Assembly (NCBI GenBank): GCA_028691955.1 | Contig: JAQUYH010000001.1 | Location: forward strand, 94,386 to 158,385 | Direction: 5' to 3' | DNA length: 64,000 nucleotides | Source of the DNA: Bacilli bacterium | Lineage (GTDB): Bacteria; Bacillota_I; Bacilli_A; RF39; UBA660 | Shown here: positions 39,669-49,536 of the stretch, one piece after another | Position numbering within the stretch: the first letter of the stretch is position 1 | How the letters are laid out: each line of letters begins with the position of its first letter | Notes under the pieces: model-generated | What the model saw: the letters and a program-made list of their open reading frames with translations, nothing else | The model's database searches: none | What the model was told of the DNA's origin: nothing | Program-made: the position numbers and the translations under genes

Positions 39669-40261
39669 TATATAATTTCTTCTTTAATACTAATTACAAT
39701 CAATTTTAATCGATCTTTAATAAAATCATATTCAAAATTACTAATTTCAAATTGATAAAAGACAGTCTCATTATATTCCTTTTGAATAATTTTAAAATGT
39801 TGGAGTAATAATTCAATATCATCTTTAACATCATAATTAAAATTAATACTTATTAATAAAATCTTATCAATATTAATAAAGATAGCCATGTCAACAGCTG
39901 TAACTACTGAGTTATTATAAGCTCTAATTAAGCCCCCAACACCTAACTTAATTCCACCAAAATACCTTACAACAACACATATAACATGATTTAAATTTTT
40001 ATGTTTCAAAATATTAAGCATAGGTAATCCTGCAGTATTACTTGGCTCTTTATCATCACTAACTTTCTCATAATCATCATATATTAATGCATAGCAATAA
40101 TGATTAGCCTTTGGATAGTCTTTTTTAATATTTTTTAATATTATTTTATAATCATCTAATTTATCTAGATAAACTAATTTTGTAATAAACTTTGATTTAT
40201 TAACTACTAATTCAGAAGTAACATTGTCTTTTATACTAAGCATTATATTCACCACCAACAT
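39644..40261 (-). CDS. yigZ: IMPACT/YigZ family protein
   Basis: UPF0029 motifs (NHYCYALIY…GGIKLGVGGLIRAY). Confidence 0.7.
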   Translation of the reverse strand: MLVVNIMLSIKDNVTSELVVNKSKFITKLVYLDKLDDYKIILKNIKKDYPKANHYCYALIYDDYEKVSDDKEPSNTAGLPMLNILKHKNLNHVICVVVRYFGGIKLGVGGLIRAYNNSVVTAVDMAIFINIDKILLISINFNYDVKDDIELLLQHFKIIQKEYNETVFYQFEISNFEYDFIKDRLKLIVISIKEEIIYKKKISSI

Positions 40262-40303
40262 TATAACATATATTAAATAAAAGAAAAAAGACTATTGCAA
40301 GCC

Positions 40304-41686
40304 TTAAAATGAAACTTCTTCTATTGTATATGGTTTATGTTCCTCTTTAGGTGTCTCATTACCATTTTGCAAATTATCTTCTTGTTTAACTCCCTTATTA
40401 ACTATAGGTTCTTCTTTTTTTTCTTGCTTTTTATTTGAATGCAGAGCAATATTAGTAGCATCTAAAGAAGATTTTAAATCCATTTTTCCATAAGATTTAT
40501 CATCACTTTCAAGCTCAATAATCTTAAGTAGCTCTTCAACAGTGGTAAGACCACTTTCAACTTTTTCCAAACCATCTTGAATTAAAGTAGTAACATCAGA
40601 ATTATAAACAAGTTCTCTTAATTCCTCACGTTCCATATCATTACTTATAGCATCTTTTATTAGCTCATCTATAAGTAAAACTTCATGAATAGCAATACGA
40701 CCAGAATAACCATTATTACACTGTTCACAACCCTCAGCTATATATACTTCATTAACATCTTTATTTAATACAGTTTTAAATAAGTGCTTTTCATAATCAT
40801 TTGTAGGCCTTTTCTTTCTACAATTAGGGCAAAGCTTTCTAGCAAGTTTCTGTGAAACAATTCCTGTTAAAGAACTAGCGAGTAAATATCTTTCAACACC
40901 CATATCAACTAATCTTTCAATAGTTGTAAGAGAATCATTAGTATGTAGAGTAGACAATACAATATGACCAGTAATAGAGGCACGAACAGCAATTTTAGCT
41001 GTTTCAGTATCACGAATTTCACCAATCATTATAACATCAGGGTCCTGACGTAAAATACTTCTTAAAGCATTAGCAAACGTTAAACCAATTTCACTATTTG
41101 TTTGAACTTGGTTAATACCTTCGATATTCATTTCAATTGGGTCTTCAACAGTAATAACATTGGTTTCTTCTCGATTAAGTCGTTGCAAAATAGAGTAAAC
41201 AGTAGTAGATTTACCACTACCAGTAGCTCCTGTTACTAAAACAATACCGTTAGGTATACTAATCATTTTAAGAATTTTATGATAATTACTTTCACTAAAC
41301 CCTAAATGTTCAAGTCCACTTAAACTCAAAGAATAATCCAAAATACGAATAACTATTTTCTCACCCAAATTAGTAGGTAGACAGCTAACGCGCAAATCTA
41401 AATCTAAATCTTTTAAAGTAGTTTTAATAGCGCCATCCTGAGGTAATCTAGACTCAGTTATATTCATTCCAGAAATAATTTTAACACGAGTAATTAAGTT
41501 TTTACGTATAGTATTAGGTACTTCAGCGTAATCAATTAAACTACCATCTATTCTAATTCTGATTTTCATAAACTCTTCATGAGCATCCATATGAATATCA
41601 GAAGCTCCTCTTTTAGCAGCGTCCACTAATATTTCATTTACTACCTCAACAACAGGCATTTTTTCAAAGTCAAAAATTTTTAACAT
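40304..41686 (-). CDS. pilB: type IV pilus/type II secretion assembly ATPase (PilB/GspE family), short N-terminus, disordered C-terminal tail
   Basis: Walker A GATGSGKSTT, Asp box, Walker B DPDVIMIGEIRD, His box LSTLHTN, tetracysteine CPNC…CEQC. Confidence 0.85.
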   Translation of the reverse strand: MLKIFDFEKMPVVEVVNEILVDAAKRGASDIHMDAHEEFMKIRIRIDGSLIDYAEVPNTIRKNLITRVKIISGMNITESRLPQDGAIKTTLKDLDLDLRVSCLPTNLGEKIVIRILDYSLSLSGLEHLGFSESNYHKILKMISIPNGIVLVTGATGSGKSTTVYSILQRLNREETNVITVEDPIEMNIEGINQVQTNSEIGLTFANALRSILRQDPDVIMIGEIRDTETAKIAVRASITGHIVLSTLHTNDSLTTIERLVDMGVERYLLASSLTGIVSQKLARKLCPNCRKKRPTNDYEKHLFKTVLNKDVNEVYIAEGCEQCNNGYSGRIAIHEVLLIDELIKDAISNDMEREELRELVYNSDVTTLIQDGLEKVESGLTTVEELLKIIELESDDKSYGKMDLKSSLDATNIALHSNKKQEKKEEPIVNKGVKQEDNLQNGNETPKEEHKPYTIEEVSF

Positions 41687-41768
41687 TTCTTCATCCCCTT
41701 AGCCATTTAGACTAGATTTTATTCTTAATTTATTATATAATAGTTTTTAGATAAAAACAATAAGGAAA

Positions 41769-42992
41769 GTGATATTTGTGAGGAAAAATAGTCAAAAGGG
41801 TTTTATGTTAGCCGAGACGCTTATAGTAGCTAGTTTCATTTCCATAACCCTTATATATCTGTTTGTACAATTTAGAAATATAAATAATAATTATAGTGAT
41901 ACTATCATGTATAACAGTGTAAATGGATTGTATATAAATAATGAAATAAAAAAATTTATAAGTCAATACGATATGGATGATTTATCACAACAAATTGCAT
42001 ATTCTGATTTAGGATATTATGATCTAACAAGTTGTAATGCAGATATATTTACAGACACCGAATATTGTGAAGAGTTCTTTTCTAGGCTGAATATTAAAAC
42101 AGCAATTTATACTTTTGAGAAAGTAAATGTTATCAGTACAGAATTTTCAAGTAAATTTATCGATTTTCTCCAATCAGTACAAGTAGATAATAGTTATATG
42201 TATATAATAGCAACAGAATTTAATGATGGGTCATTCGCTAGTATTAGATTAGATGGATATAGTTATCCGACTTTAGAAGATAATATAAAAAAGCAATCCA
42301 TTGTTACAACAGGAGATGGACTATATGAAAACTCAACAACGGAATACTTATTTAAAGGAGCAAGTGTTAATAACAATATAAATGTTTATGGATATAAGGG
42401 TAAAATAATTTCTATAACCAGCCAAGGCATAAAAGTACTATTATCAAAAGAGGAGAACCTAAGTTTTGATAATACGACAGCTTTTTACACAAAAGATGGT
42501 CTTTTAACACATGGAAGCTATGAAGCAGATTCTAAAACCAATAGTCTTTTATTTGCTAGTTTAAATAAAATGTGTTCTAACTGTGAAGATATAATAACTA
42601 ATGTTAACTGGAATGTTGGCAAAATTACTACTTTAGTAGGTAATTCCTTAAGCAATATTCTAACAAACGAGGCTAGTACAATATATAGAGCACAAGACAA
42701 TTCAGGTTATGTAGGCACATTAAGCGTTAGCGATATTTTAAAATCTTCAAGCGATTCTTCTTGCAATTATTCAAGTATAACCTCTGACTGTTTAAATAAT
42801 AATTGGCTAGTCGATGGTAATATATGGACATTTAATTCTAATTCATCAAATACAGTATGGTCTGTTACTAGTGGGGCTTTTGCCAATAGTAATATAACAG
42901 ATATAAAAGATGCTTATGCTGTCGTTTATTTAAATGGTAGTATGCGTGCTATTGGAAGCGGCACTATAGAGGATCCTTACCGAGCATTATAG
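41769..42992 (+). CDS. large type IV pilin-like (minor pilin/pseudopilin-like) protein
   Basis: leader MIFVRKNSQKG|FMLAETLIV with Glu+5; 407 aa; C-terminal GSGTIEDPY motif. Confidence 0.65.
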   Translation: MIFVRKNSQKGFMLAETLIVASFISITLIYLFVQFRNINNNYSDTIMYNSVNGLYINNEIKKFISQYDMDDLSQQIAYSDLGYYDLTSCNADIFTDTEYCEEFFSRLNIKTAIYTFEKVNVISTEFSSKFIDFLQSVQVDNSYMYIIATEFNDGSFASIRLDGYSYPTLEDNIKKQSIVTTGDGLYENSTTEYLFKGASVNNNINVYGYKGKIISITSQGIKVLLSKEENLSFDNTTAFYTKDGLLTHGSYEADSKTNSLLFASLNKMCSNCEDIITNVNWNVGKITTLVGNSLSNILTNEASTIYRAQDNSGYVGTLSVSDILKSSSDSSCNYSSITSDCLNNNWLVDGNIWTFNSNSSNTVWSVTSGAFANSNITDIKDAYAVVYLNGSMRAIGSGTIEDPYRAL

Positions 42993-43006
42993 AGAGGGAA
43001 GATAAT

Positions 43007-46000
43007 ATGAAAAAAGTGATTCTGTTTTTAGTTATTTTTATAGCTTTTTTCATTGTACCCAAAAACTTAGATGCTGAAGTAAGTACATACACAGTATATA
43101 CAATTAATAACTTAGGAGAAGAAAGCGCTCCAACTACATATACTGATTATTCATTAGCTTTAGCTAAAATGAATTCATATGAAAAAAATATTGATATTGT
43201 TTCAGTAATAAAAAAAGACGGAACGCTAGTTAATGCTAAATATGCCGTAGCTAAACTAAATAGTTCATCTACAATAAACATCTATAATAATTCTTCTTTA
43301 TCAGGAACGGCATATACTTATGTTTCTGGAGGCGATTATGGAATTGATGCAGCTTTTCTTGATTATGATACAGCCTACAACACTGTAAAAATAAAAATTA
43401 GCGGTTACGCTGGATGGGTTAGACTAGATCAAGTAAAAATCGTCCCACTATCAACAATTTCTACACAATATGTGACAATAAATAGTGCCAGTGCCGCATT
43501 ATATACAACCAATACAGCAACAGGATATATTAAAACATTGCAACAGAATGCTCCATACGTTTGGGATACAAAAGCTGTTGTAAGTGGCGTAACATGGTAC
43601 CACATATCAGAGCCAGGAACAGTAGGTTGGGTAAGTAGTGCAAACAGTGCAGTAACAGAAGAAAAAAGACCATATTTAAATACATATTATGTTAGATTTA
43701 ACTTTGAAAATGCCAGCAAACCATGGGATTTATATCATTCTTTTGGTTATAGATCAGGAACAAGTGAACTAGTTGGCTTAATTAATCTTGGAATAGCTCC
43801 CACAATGTTAGATATCAATAGATACTATTATAGCTTTGATGGAAATTATTTTTATACAGATTTTCTAGATATGTTAGATGACTACAAAAGTGGAGTATAC
43901 ACACATAGTATTAATGCAACTAATCCATATTATAATTATTATTTATATTTACCAAATCATAGTAAAACAGGATACACTGCCGAAAACTTTGACCAAATTA
44001 TAAGTAACACATACACATCAAACATAGAAAAAAAGCTTAAAGTTAACGCATCAAATGTGAATTTAAAACTTAGTGCTTCAGAAACTTCTTCTACAATCGT
44101 AGCATTACCAATTAATTTTACTTATTATTATGATGATCAAAAAACAATAGATAGTATAGACTGGTATCACTTAATAGGCATTACTATTAATGGCACAAGC
44201 TACACAGGCTGGGTAAGTAATAATATAGATAAAACAAGACTTATTACAACATATGTGACCTCAACTGGAACCTGGACAACACTTGAAAGAACAGGAATAT
44301 CATTAATGTACGGTGAAGGGGCAGACTTTATAGAGAGCCAGGAAACTTATGGAATTAATGCTCTGTTAACATTCTCAGCTGCCATTAATGAATCAGCAAC
44401 TGGTACTAGTGTATTAGCATTCTTAAAGAATAACATTTTTGGACATGGTGCTTATGATAGTTGTCCTCTTACATGTGCTATAACTTATGATACAGTAAGA
44501 GATGCCATCATGGCTCATGCAAGGGATTATTCTGGAGAATATAGTAATCCAAGCGATGACCGTTACTTTGGAAGTCATTATGGAAATAAAGGAAGTGGAA
44601 TGAATATAAAATACGCTTCTGATCCGTATTGGGGTGAAAAAGCGGCAGCCAACGCTTATAACAGAGATTTAATGTTTGGTGCTCAAGATTATGAGTCAAA
44701 CACCATAGGTATTAAAGTAACTGATGCAGCTATTCCTATAAAAAAAGAGCCATCGGATGATTCAGATACAATATATGAAATTAAAAACAATTACTTTTTA
44801 GTGGCCAATGTTCCATATATAGTAATTGATAGAGTAAAAGATGAAGATGGTGATTATTGGTACAAAGTTTATACTGATGTGGCTCTTGATGAAAATCAAG
44901 ATATTACTGATGATTATTATTCATTTTCACATAGCTATGGTTACATAAAAGCAGAATACTTAAATGTGAAAAATAACCAACCAAATATAACAGCTTCAGA
45001 TATTACGTTAGAACAAGGTATAACCCCATATGATTTAATGGAAGGTGTTACAGCAACTGATGCTGAAGATGGTAACATTACGTCAAACATTGATTATACA
45101 ACCAATATAGATATAACCCAATATGGAACATATCAAGTTACATATACTGTTACCGATAGTCAAAAATTTTCAGTGTCCAAGACAGTAGCAATAACTGTAT
45201 ATAAAAGCAATACGCCAGTAATAACAGCATCTGACAAGTCTGTATTACAGAATACAACATTTGATCCTTTAGCAGGCGTTAGTGTAAATGATCCAAATGA
45301 AGGTAACATTACAGATAAACTAGTAATTGATTCTAACAATGTTGACCTAACAAAAGTAGGAACATATAAAATTGTATATAGCGTTACTAATTTATTAAAC
45401 ATAAAAACAACAAAAGAAATTACAGTAACTGTTTTATCTAATGCCTCACCTGTTATAAGAGCTGCTGACATTTATATGAATGTTAATGATAGTTTAACTT
45501 ATCTAGAAAACGCATCAGCTATTGATTTAGAAGATGGGGTTATAACAAATAAAATAACCATGACTAATAATATTGACAAAACAAAAGCAGGAACGTATGA
45601 TTTAACATATTCAGTTACTGATAGTAATAATAATGTAGTAACTAAAAGCATAAAAGTTTATGTTTCAAGTAATACATATACTACAAAAACAGGAGAACTA
45701 TATTTTAACTCACTAAATTATAATCCGGATACAAATATGTTAGAAGTTAGTGGATCTTTAGCTATTATTGGTATTGACAACACTAAAGATACAAGTATCA
45801 CATATGATTTAATACTAAAGAATAATGTATCTGGTTATGAAATAGTCTTACCTTTAGAAAGATACTTAACAAACCATCCAACAACAGTATATAGTGATAC
45901 AACACATAGTTATACGGAAACTTGGTTTAAAGGTAGTGTAAGTCTTAAAAACGTAACAAAAGGGGAGTATACATTATACGTAAGAGCTAGAAGTGGCAAT

Positions 46001-46615
46001 TATGAATCAAAAATTTTATTTAATAATCTATTTTTAAAATCAATGACCAAAAAAGCTACAGATAGTGATGGAAGAGGATACCTATTTAGAAATAATAATT
46101 ACATGAAAGAATTCCCTATTGAATTATTTGTTTATGAAAATGGTTTAATCACTACTACTGAAGCAACTTCTACAGCTAATATGTTTAATACATATAGTAC
46201 TATTGATTTAAGCAGTAAATATTTAAAAATAGTAGGAAATTCATTTAATATGAACGGTAACTATGCCGAAAGCAAGACAATAGAAAGATATATAGTATTT
46301 GAAAACATAACAACAGAAAAAAGATATTCATATAATATAGGATCATTTGTCGGCGAAGAACTAATACTAAGAACAAATGATGGCCTTTCAAAAGCAAGAT
46401 CTTGGTTTGATACTAAAGAATTAGTTGATGTAACTAAATTACCAGTAGGGAGATATATAATATATTTAAGAACTAAATCAGCAGGTGTAGATGATTTTGG
46501 AGAACTGCAAGACTTATTTTTAAATGCTACAGATAGTGTCACATTAGACGGTAAAAAATATAGCTTGATAGTAAATAAAAATGCAAGATTTAGAGTGGAA
46601 TTATTAATAGAATAG
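43007..46615 (+). CDS. giant secreted cell-wall hydrolase-like protein (GH73 glucosaminidase-like core, SH3b-like and three DUF5011/Ig-like repeats)
   Basis: signal peptide; AAINESATG…NNIFG…YASDPYWG resembles GH73; repeats of ITASD…EDGNIT…GTY.VTYTVTD; 14 nt after the previous gene. Confidence 0.55.
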   Translation: MKKVILFLVIFIAFFIVPKNLDAEVSTYTVYTINNLGEESAPTTYTDYSLALAKMNSYEKNIDIVSVIKKDGTLVNAKYAVAKLNSSSTINIYNNSSLSGTAYTYVSGGDYGIDAAFLDYDTAYNTVKIKISGYAGWVRLDQVKIVPLSTISTQYVTINSASAALYTTNTATGYIKTLQQNAPYVWDTKAVVSGVTWYHISEPGTVGWVSSANSAVTEEKRPYLNTYYVRFNFENASKPWDLYHSFGYRSGTSELVGLINLGIAPTMLDINRYYYSFDGNYFYTDFLDMLDDYKSGVYTHSINATNPYYNYYLYLPNHSKTGYTAENFDQIISNTYTSNIEKKLKVNASNVNLKLSASETSSTIVALPINFTYYYDDQKTIDSIDWYHLIGITINGTSYTGWVSNNIDKTRLITTYVTSTGTWTTLERTGISLMYGEGADFIESQETYGINALLTFSAAINESATGTSVLAFLKNNIFGHGAYDSCPLTCAITYDTVRDAIMAHARDYSGEYSNPSDDRYFGSHYGNKGSGMNIKYASDPYWGEKAAANAYNRDLMFGAQDYESNTIGIKVTDAAIPIKKEPSDDSDTIYEIKNNYFLVANVPYIVIDRVKDEDGDYWYKVYTDVALDENQDITDDYYSFSHSYGYIKAEYLNVKNNQPNITASDITLEQGITPYDLMEGVTATDAEDGNITSNIDYTTNIDITQYGTYQVTYTVTDSQKFSVSKTVAITVYKSNTPVITASDKSVLQNTTFDPLAGVSVNDPNEGNITDKLVIDSNNVDLTKVGTYKIVYSVTNLLNIKTTKEITVTVLSNASPVIRAADIYMNVNDSLTYLENASAIDLEDGVITNKITMTNNIDKTKAGTYDLTYSVTDSNNNVVTKSIKVYVSSNTYTTKTGELYFNSLNYNPDTNMLEVSGSLAIIGIDNTKDTSITYDLILKNNVSGYEIVLPLERYLTNHPTTVYSDTTHSYTETWFKGSVSLKNVTKGEYTLYVRARSGNYESKILFNNLFLKSMTKKATDSDGRGYLFRNNNYMKEFPIELFVYENGLITTTEATSTANMFNTYSTIDLSSKYLKIVGNSFNMNGNYAESKTIERYIVFENITTEKRYSYNIGSFVGEELILRTNDGLSKARSWFDTKELVDVTKLPVGRYIIYLRTKSAGVDDFGELQDLFLNATDSVTLDGKKYSLIVNKNARFRVELLIE

Positions 46616-46668
46616 AAGCGAAAGCTTCTTTTTTATTACAACTAAAAAAAGCAATAAATTATTGCTTT
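46614..46668. terminator. pair of terminator hairpins between the convergent hydrolase and PASTA genes
   Basis: GAAGC-GAAA-GCTTC then T6 for the + gene; GCAATAA-A-TTATTGC preceded by A7 for the - gene. Confidence 0.55.
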
Positions 46669-48383
46669 TAAGATTTGGTAATCCATATTTCATAAGTTTT
46701 GCCTTGTGTAACAGTAGAACCATCTTTTATAGGTGAACTCTCATGAATATTCCCAGCAAAATCAAATGTGCTACTTGTTTTTTCTAAATAATTAATAGTA
46801 ACGCCAGGATAACTACTAGCAAATAACTGTTTTAAATAATTAATAGTACATGTAGCGTTTCCAACGCAGCTTTGAATAGAACTTTGATTAATTCTAACTG
46901 TAAAAGTTTGAGCCACACCTTTACTTAATCCAATACTGACATAAGTGCCAGATATAACAGTAGAACCTGCTTTAATGTTTTGAACAACAGCAATGCCAGA
47001 AGCTTTATCAGTATATCCATATTGATAAAAAGTGCAATTTAATCCATAACTATTGCAAGTTGAAGTAATACTGCTACTTGACATTCCATAAAAATTTGGC
47101 ACCGTTACAGGAGCACCATTAGATACATACACTGTAATACTTGCGTTTATATCAATAACATCTCCTGCCTTAACAGAAAAATTAATAATACTTCCTTTAG
47201 AAACACTTTCATTCATCTGATATTCCTCAGAATAATTAATATTATAATTGCTTGCCCATTTTCTAAATTCACTTAGAGAATTAAATTCAGGCATTTTTAA
47301 TTGACCTTTAGAAGTTACTATTTTTACAACAGTACCAACTTCAACTTCATCATTTTCATTGTAATTAGCACTTATTATTGAACCAAGAGGAGCAGATACA
47401 TCATATGTATCACTAAACTCAATTTTTAAGTTATTGGCAATAATCCACTTAACAACCTCATCACTTGTCATAGAAAGCAAGTTAGGAACAATTATACTTT
47501 TTCCTTTAGAAACAATTAAATTAACCGTACTATTAGAATCAACAGTAGTACCTTCTAAAGTATCTTGACTGATTATATAATTTCTATTAATATTTTCATC
47601 AAATTCATATGTTAATTTATAATTAATACCGTTTTCTTTTAGCCAAAGAGTAGCATCAAATAAAGTCATATTTTTTAAATCAATCATTTCAACAGGAGTC
47701 GTTTCTGACCCAAGAGAAAGAGTAAAAGTAATTTTCGTATTTCTAGTATACTGTCCTTTAATTGATTGACTTATAATTGTATTTTTAGGAAATTCACTAT
47801 TTATTTCATAGTTAATAACAACATTATTTAAAAATAACTCGTTTTTCGTTTCCAACAAATCATCTAATGTCATACCAGATAAGTCAGGAATAATCACAGA
47901 TTTATCATAATTAGGTCCAAGTGAAATAACAAGTTTAACAGTAGTCACTTCTTTCAAAGGAGTTCCTGGTATAACGTTTTGACTTATTATTCCAAACTCA
48001 GGAACATTATCACTATATTCATAGCTTTGTTCAATAACTATATTATTTAAACTAGCCCAGTCTAAAGCTTCATTCATTGATAAAGCTGTTAAATCTTCAA
48101 TTACTATTTCCTTTTTTTCAAACAAGTTAAAGTAATTTAATACATTAGCAGCAATTAAAAAAATAATTGCCAAAATAAATAATATTTTATATAACACTTT
48201 ACTTTTTTCTAAATCGTCCATTATAAATAAAACAATAATAGCAACAATTAAAAAGCTATTGACAGCATGAAATATTTTATTGGTATCTATGAAAACAATA
48301 GATCCTATAAAATAAACAATTCCAATTATTAAAAGTATAATTTCTAAAGCAATAATAAACTTATTGCGACCCTTTTTATTCAT
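46668..48383 (-). CDS. membrane protein with about 6-7 tandem PASTA domains and no kinase/PBP domain
   Basis: three N-terminal TMs; repeats VPDL.GMTLDD……IISQS…G……V.L.VSKG. Confidence 0.7.
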   Translation of the reverse strand: MNKKGRNKFIIALEIILLIIGIVYFIGSIVFIDTNKIFHAVNSFLIVAIIVLFIMDDLEKSKVLYKILFILAIIFLIAANVLNYFNLFEKKEIVIEDLTALSMNEALDWASLNNIVIEQSYEYSDNVPEFGIISQNVIPGTPLKEVTTVKLVISLGPNYDKSVIIPDLSGMTLDDLLETKNELFLNNVVINYEINSEFPKNTIISQSIKGQYTRNTKITFTLSLGSETTPVEMIDLKNMTLFDATLWLKENGINYKLTYEFDENINRNYIISQDTLEGTTVDSNSTVNLIVSKGKSIIVPNLLSMTSDEVVKWIIANNLKIEFSDTYDVSAPLGSIISANYNENDEVEVGTVVKIVTSKGQLKMPEFNSLSEFRKWASNYNINYSEEYQMNESVSKGSIINFSVKAGDVIDINASITVYVSNGAPVTVPNFYGMSSSSITSTCNSYGLNCTFYQYGYTDKASGIAVVQNIKAGSTVISGTYVSIGLSKGVAQTFTVRINQSSIQSCVGNATCTINYLKQLFASSYPGVTINYLEKTSSTFDFAGNIHESSPIKDGSTVTQGKTYEIWITKS

Positions 48384-48480
48384 ATTATCACCATAAATAT
48401 TATATAATAGAAAAACTTAAAAAGAAATAGTTTTATAAAATATTGTCGAAATATGTAAAATGTGTTATCATATTAAATAG

Positions 48481-49536
48481 GTGATTAATATGAATATAGA
48501 CATAAATTTAAAATCAATTCTAATGATTTTAATACCTTTTATCTTCTCAGCACTCATAGTTCCCTTTGTAAAGAAAGTGGCAAATCATGTTAGAGCTATG
48601 GACATTCCAAACGAGAGAAAAGTTCATAAAATACCGATGCCAAGATTAGGTGGCCTTGCCATATTTTTTGCTTTTTTATTTGGCTACATGATATTTGGTG
48701 ATGTAAGTAATGCAATGATTTCAATATTAATTGGTAGTTTCATTATTATATTAACCGGAATGGTTGATGACATAAATCCAGTTGATGCAAAAATCAAACT
48801 TTTATTTCAAACATTGGCTACACTTGTTGTAGTCTTCTATGGTCAAATTTTATTAAAAGATATTAGTGCCTTTGGAATATATTTAGATTTTGGCATATTT
48901 GCATACCCAATAACAATTATATTTATATTAGGCTGTATAAACTGCATGAATTTAATTGATGGGTTAGATGGACTTGCAGCTGGAATAAGTAGTATATTTT
49001 TTGCGACAGTAGCTGCTATAACGCTGATTCGTGGCCAATTTGGGTTACCTTACGAATTGACATTTATAATGTTGGGCTCAACTTTAGGATTTCTGCTACA
49101 TAACTTTTATCCAGCTAAAATATTTATGGGGGACTCTGGCTCAATGTTTTTAGGATTTATTATAGCCGTTATAACACTATTAGGCTTTAAAAATGTTATG
49201 ATGTCATCAATCATAATCCCACTATTAATATTAGCAATTCCAATATTAGATACTTTTTTTGCCATAATTAGAAGAAAGCTTAAAGGTCAAAGTGTCAGTG
49301 TACCAGATAAAGCACATATTCATCATCAACTTTTAAGTAGAAACTTTTCACATAGAAATACCGTTTTAATAATATATCTAATTAATGTATTATTCTCTTT
49401 AGCTTCTATCTTTTATGTATTAAAAAATAGACCGTTAGGATATATAATATATGGTATTTTAGTAATTATAGTAGTAACATTTATATTTAAAACTAATGTT
49501 ATTGTAGATCATACGAAACGAGGTAAATCATGCTGA
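48481..49536 (+). CDS. tagO: undecaprenyl-phosphate GlcNAc-1-phosphate transferase family (WecA/TagO/MraY-like glycosyltransferase family 4)
   Basis: PMPRLGGLAIF, DDINPVDAKIKL and MNLIDGLDGLA motifs. Confidence 0.8.
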   Translation: MINMNIDINLKSILMILIPFIFSALIVPFVKKVANHVRAMDIPNERKVHKIPMPRLGGLAIFFAFLFGYMIFGDVSNAMISILIGSFIIILTGMVDDINPVDAKIKLLFQTLATLVVVFYGQILLKDISAFGIYLDFGIFAYPITIIFILGCINCMNLIDGLDGLAAGISSIFFATVAAITLIRGQFGLPYELTFIMLGSTLGFLLHNFYPAKIFMGDSGSMFLGFIIAVITLLGFKNVMMSSIIIPLLILAIPILDTFFAIIRRKLKGQSVSVPDKAHIHHQLLSRNFSHRNTVLIIYLINVLFSLASIFYVLKNRPLGYIIYGILVIIVVTFIFKTNVIVDHTKRGKSC

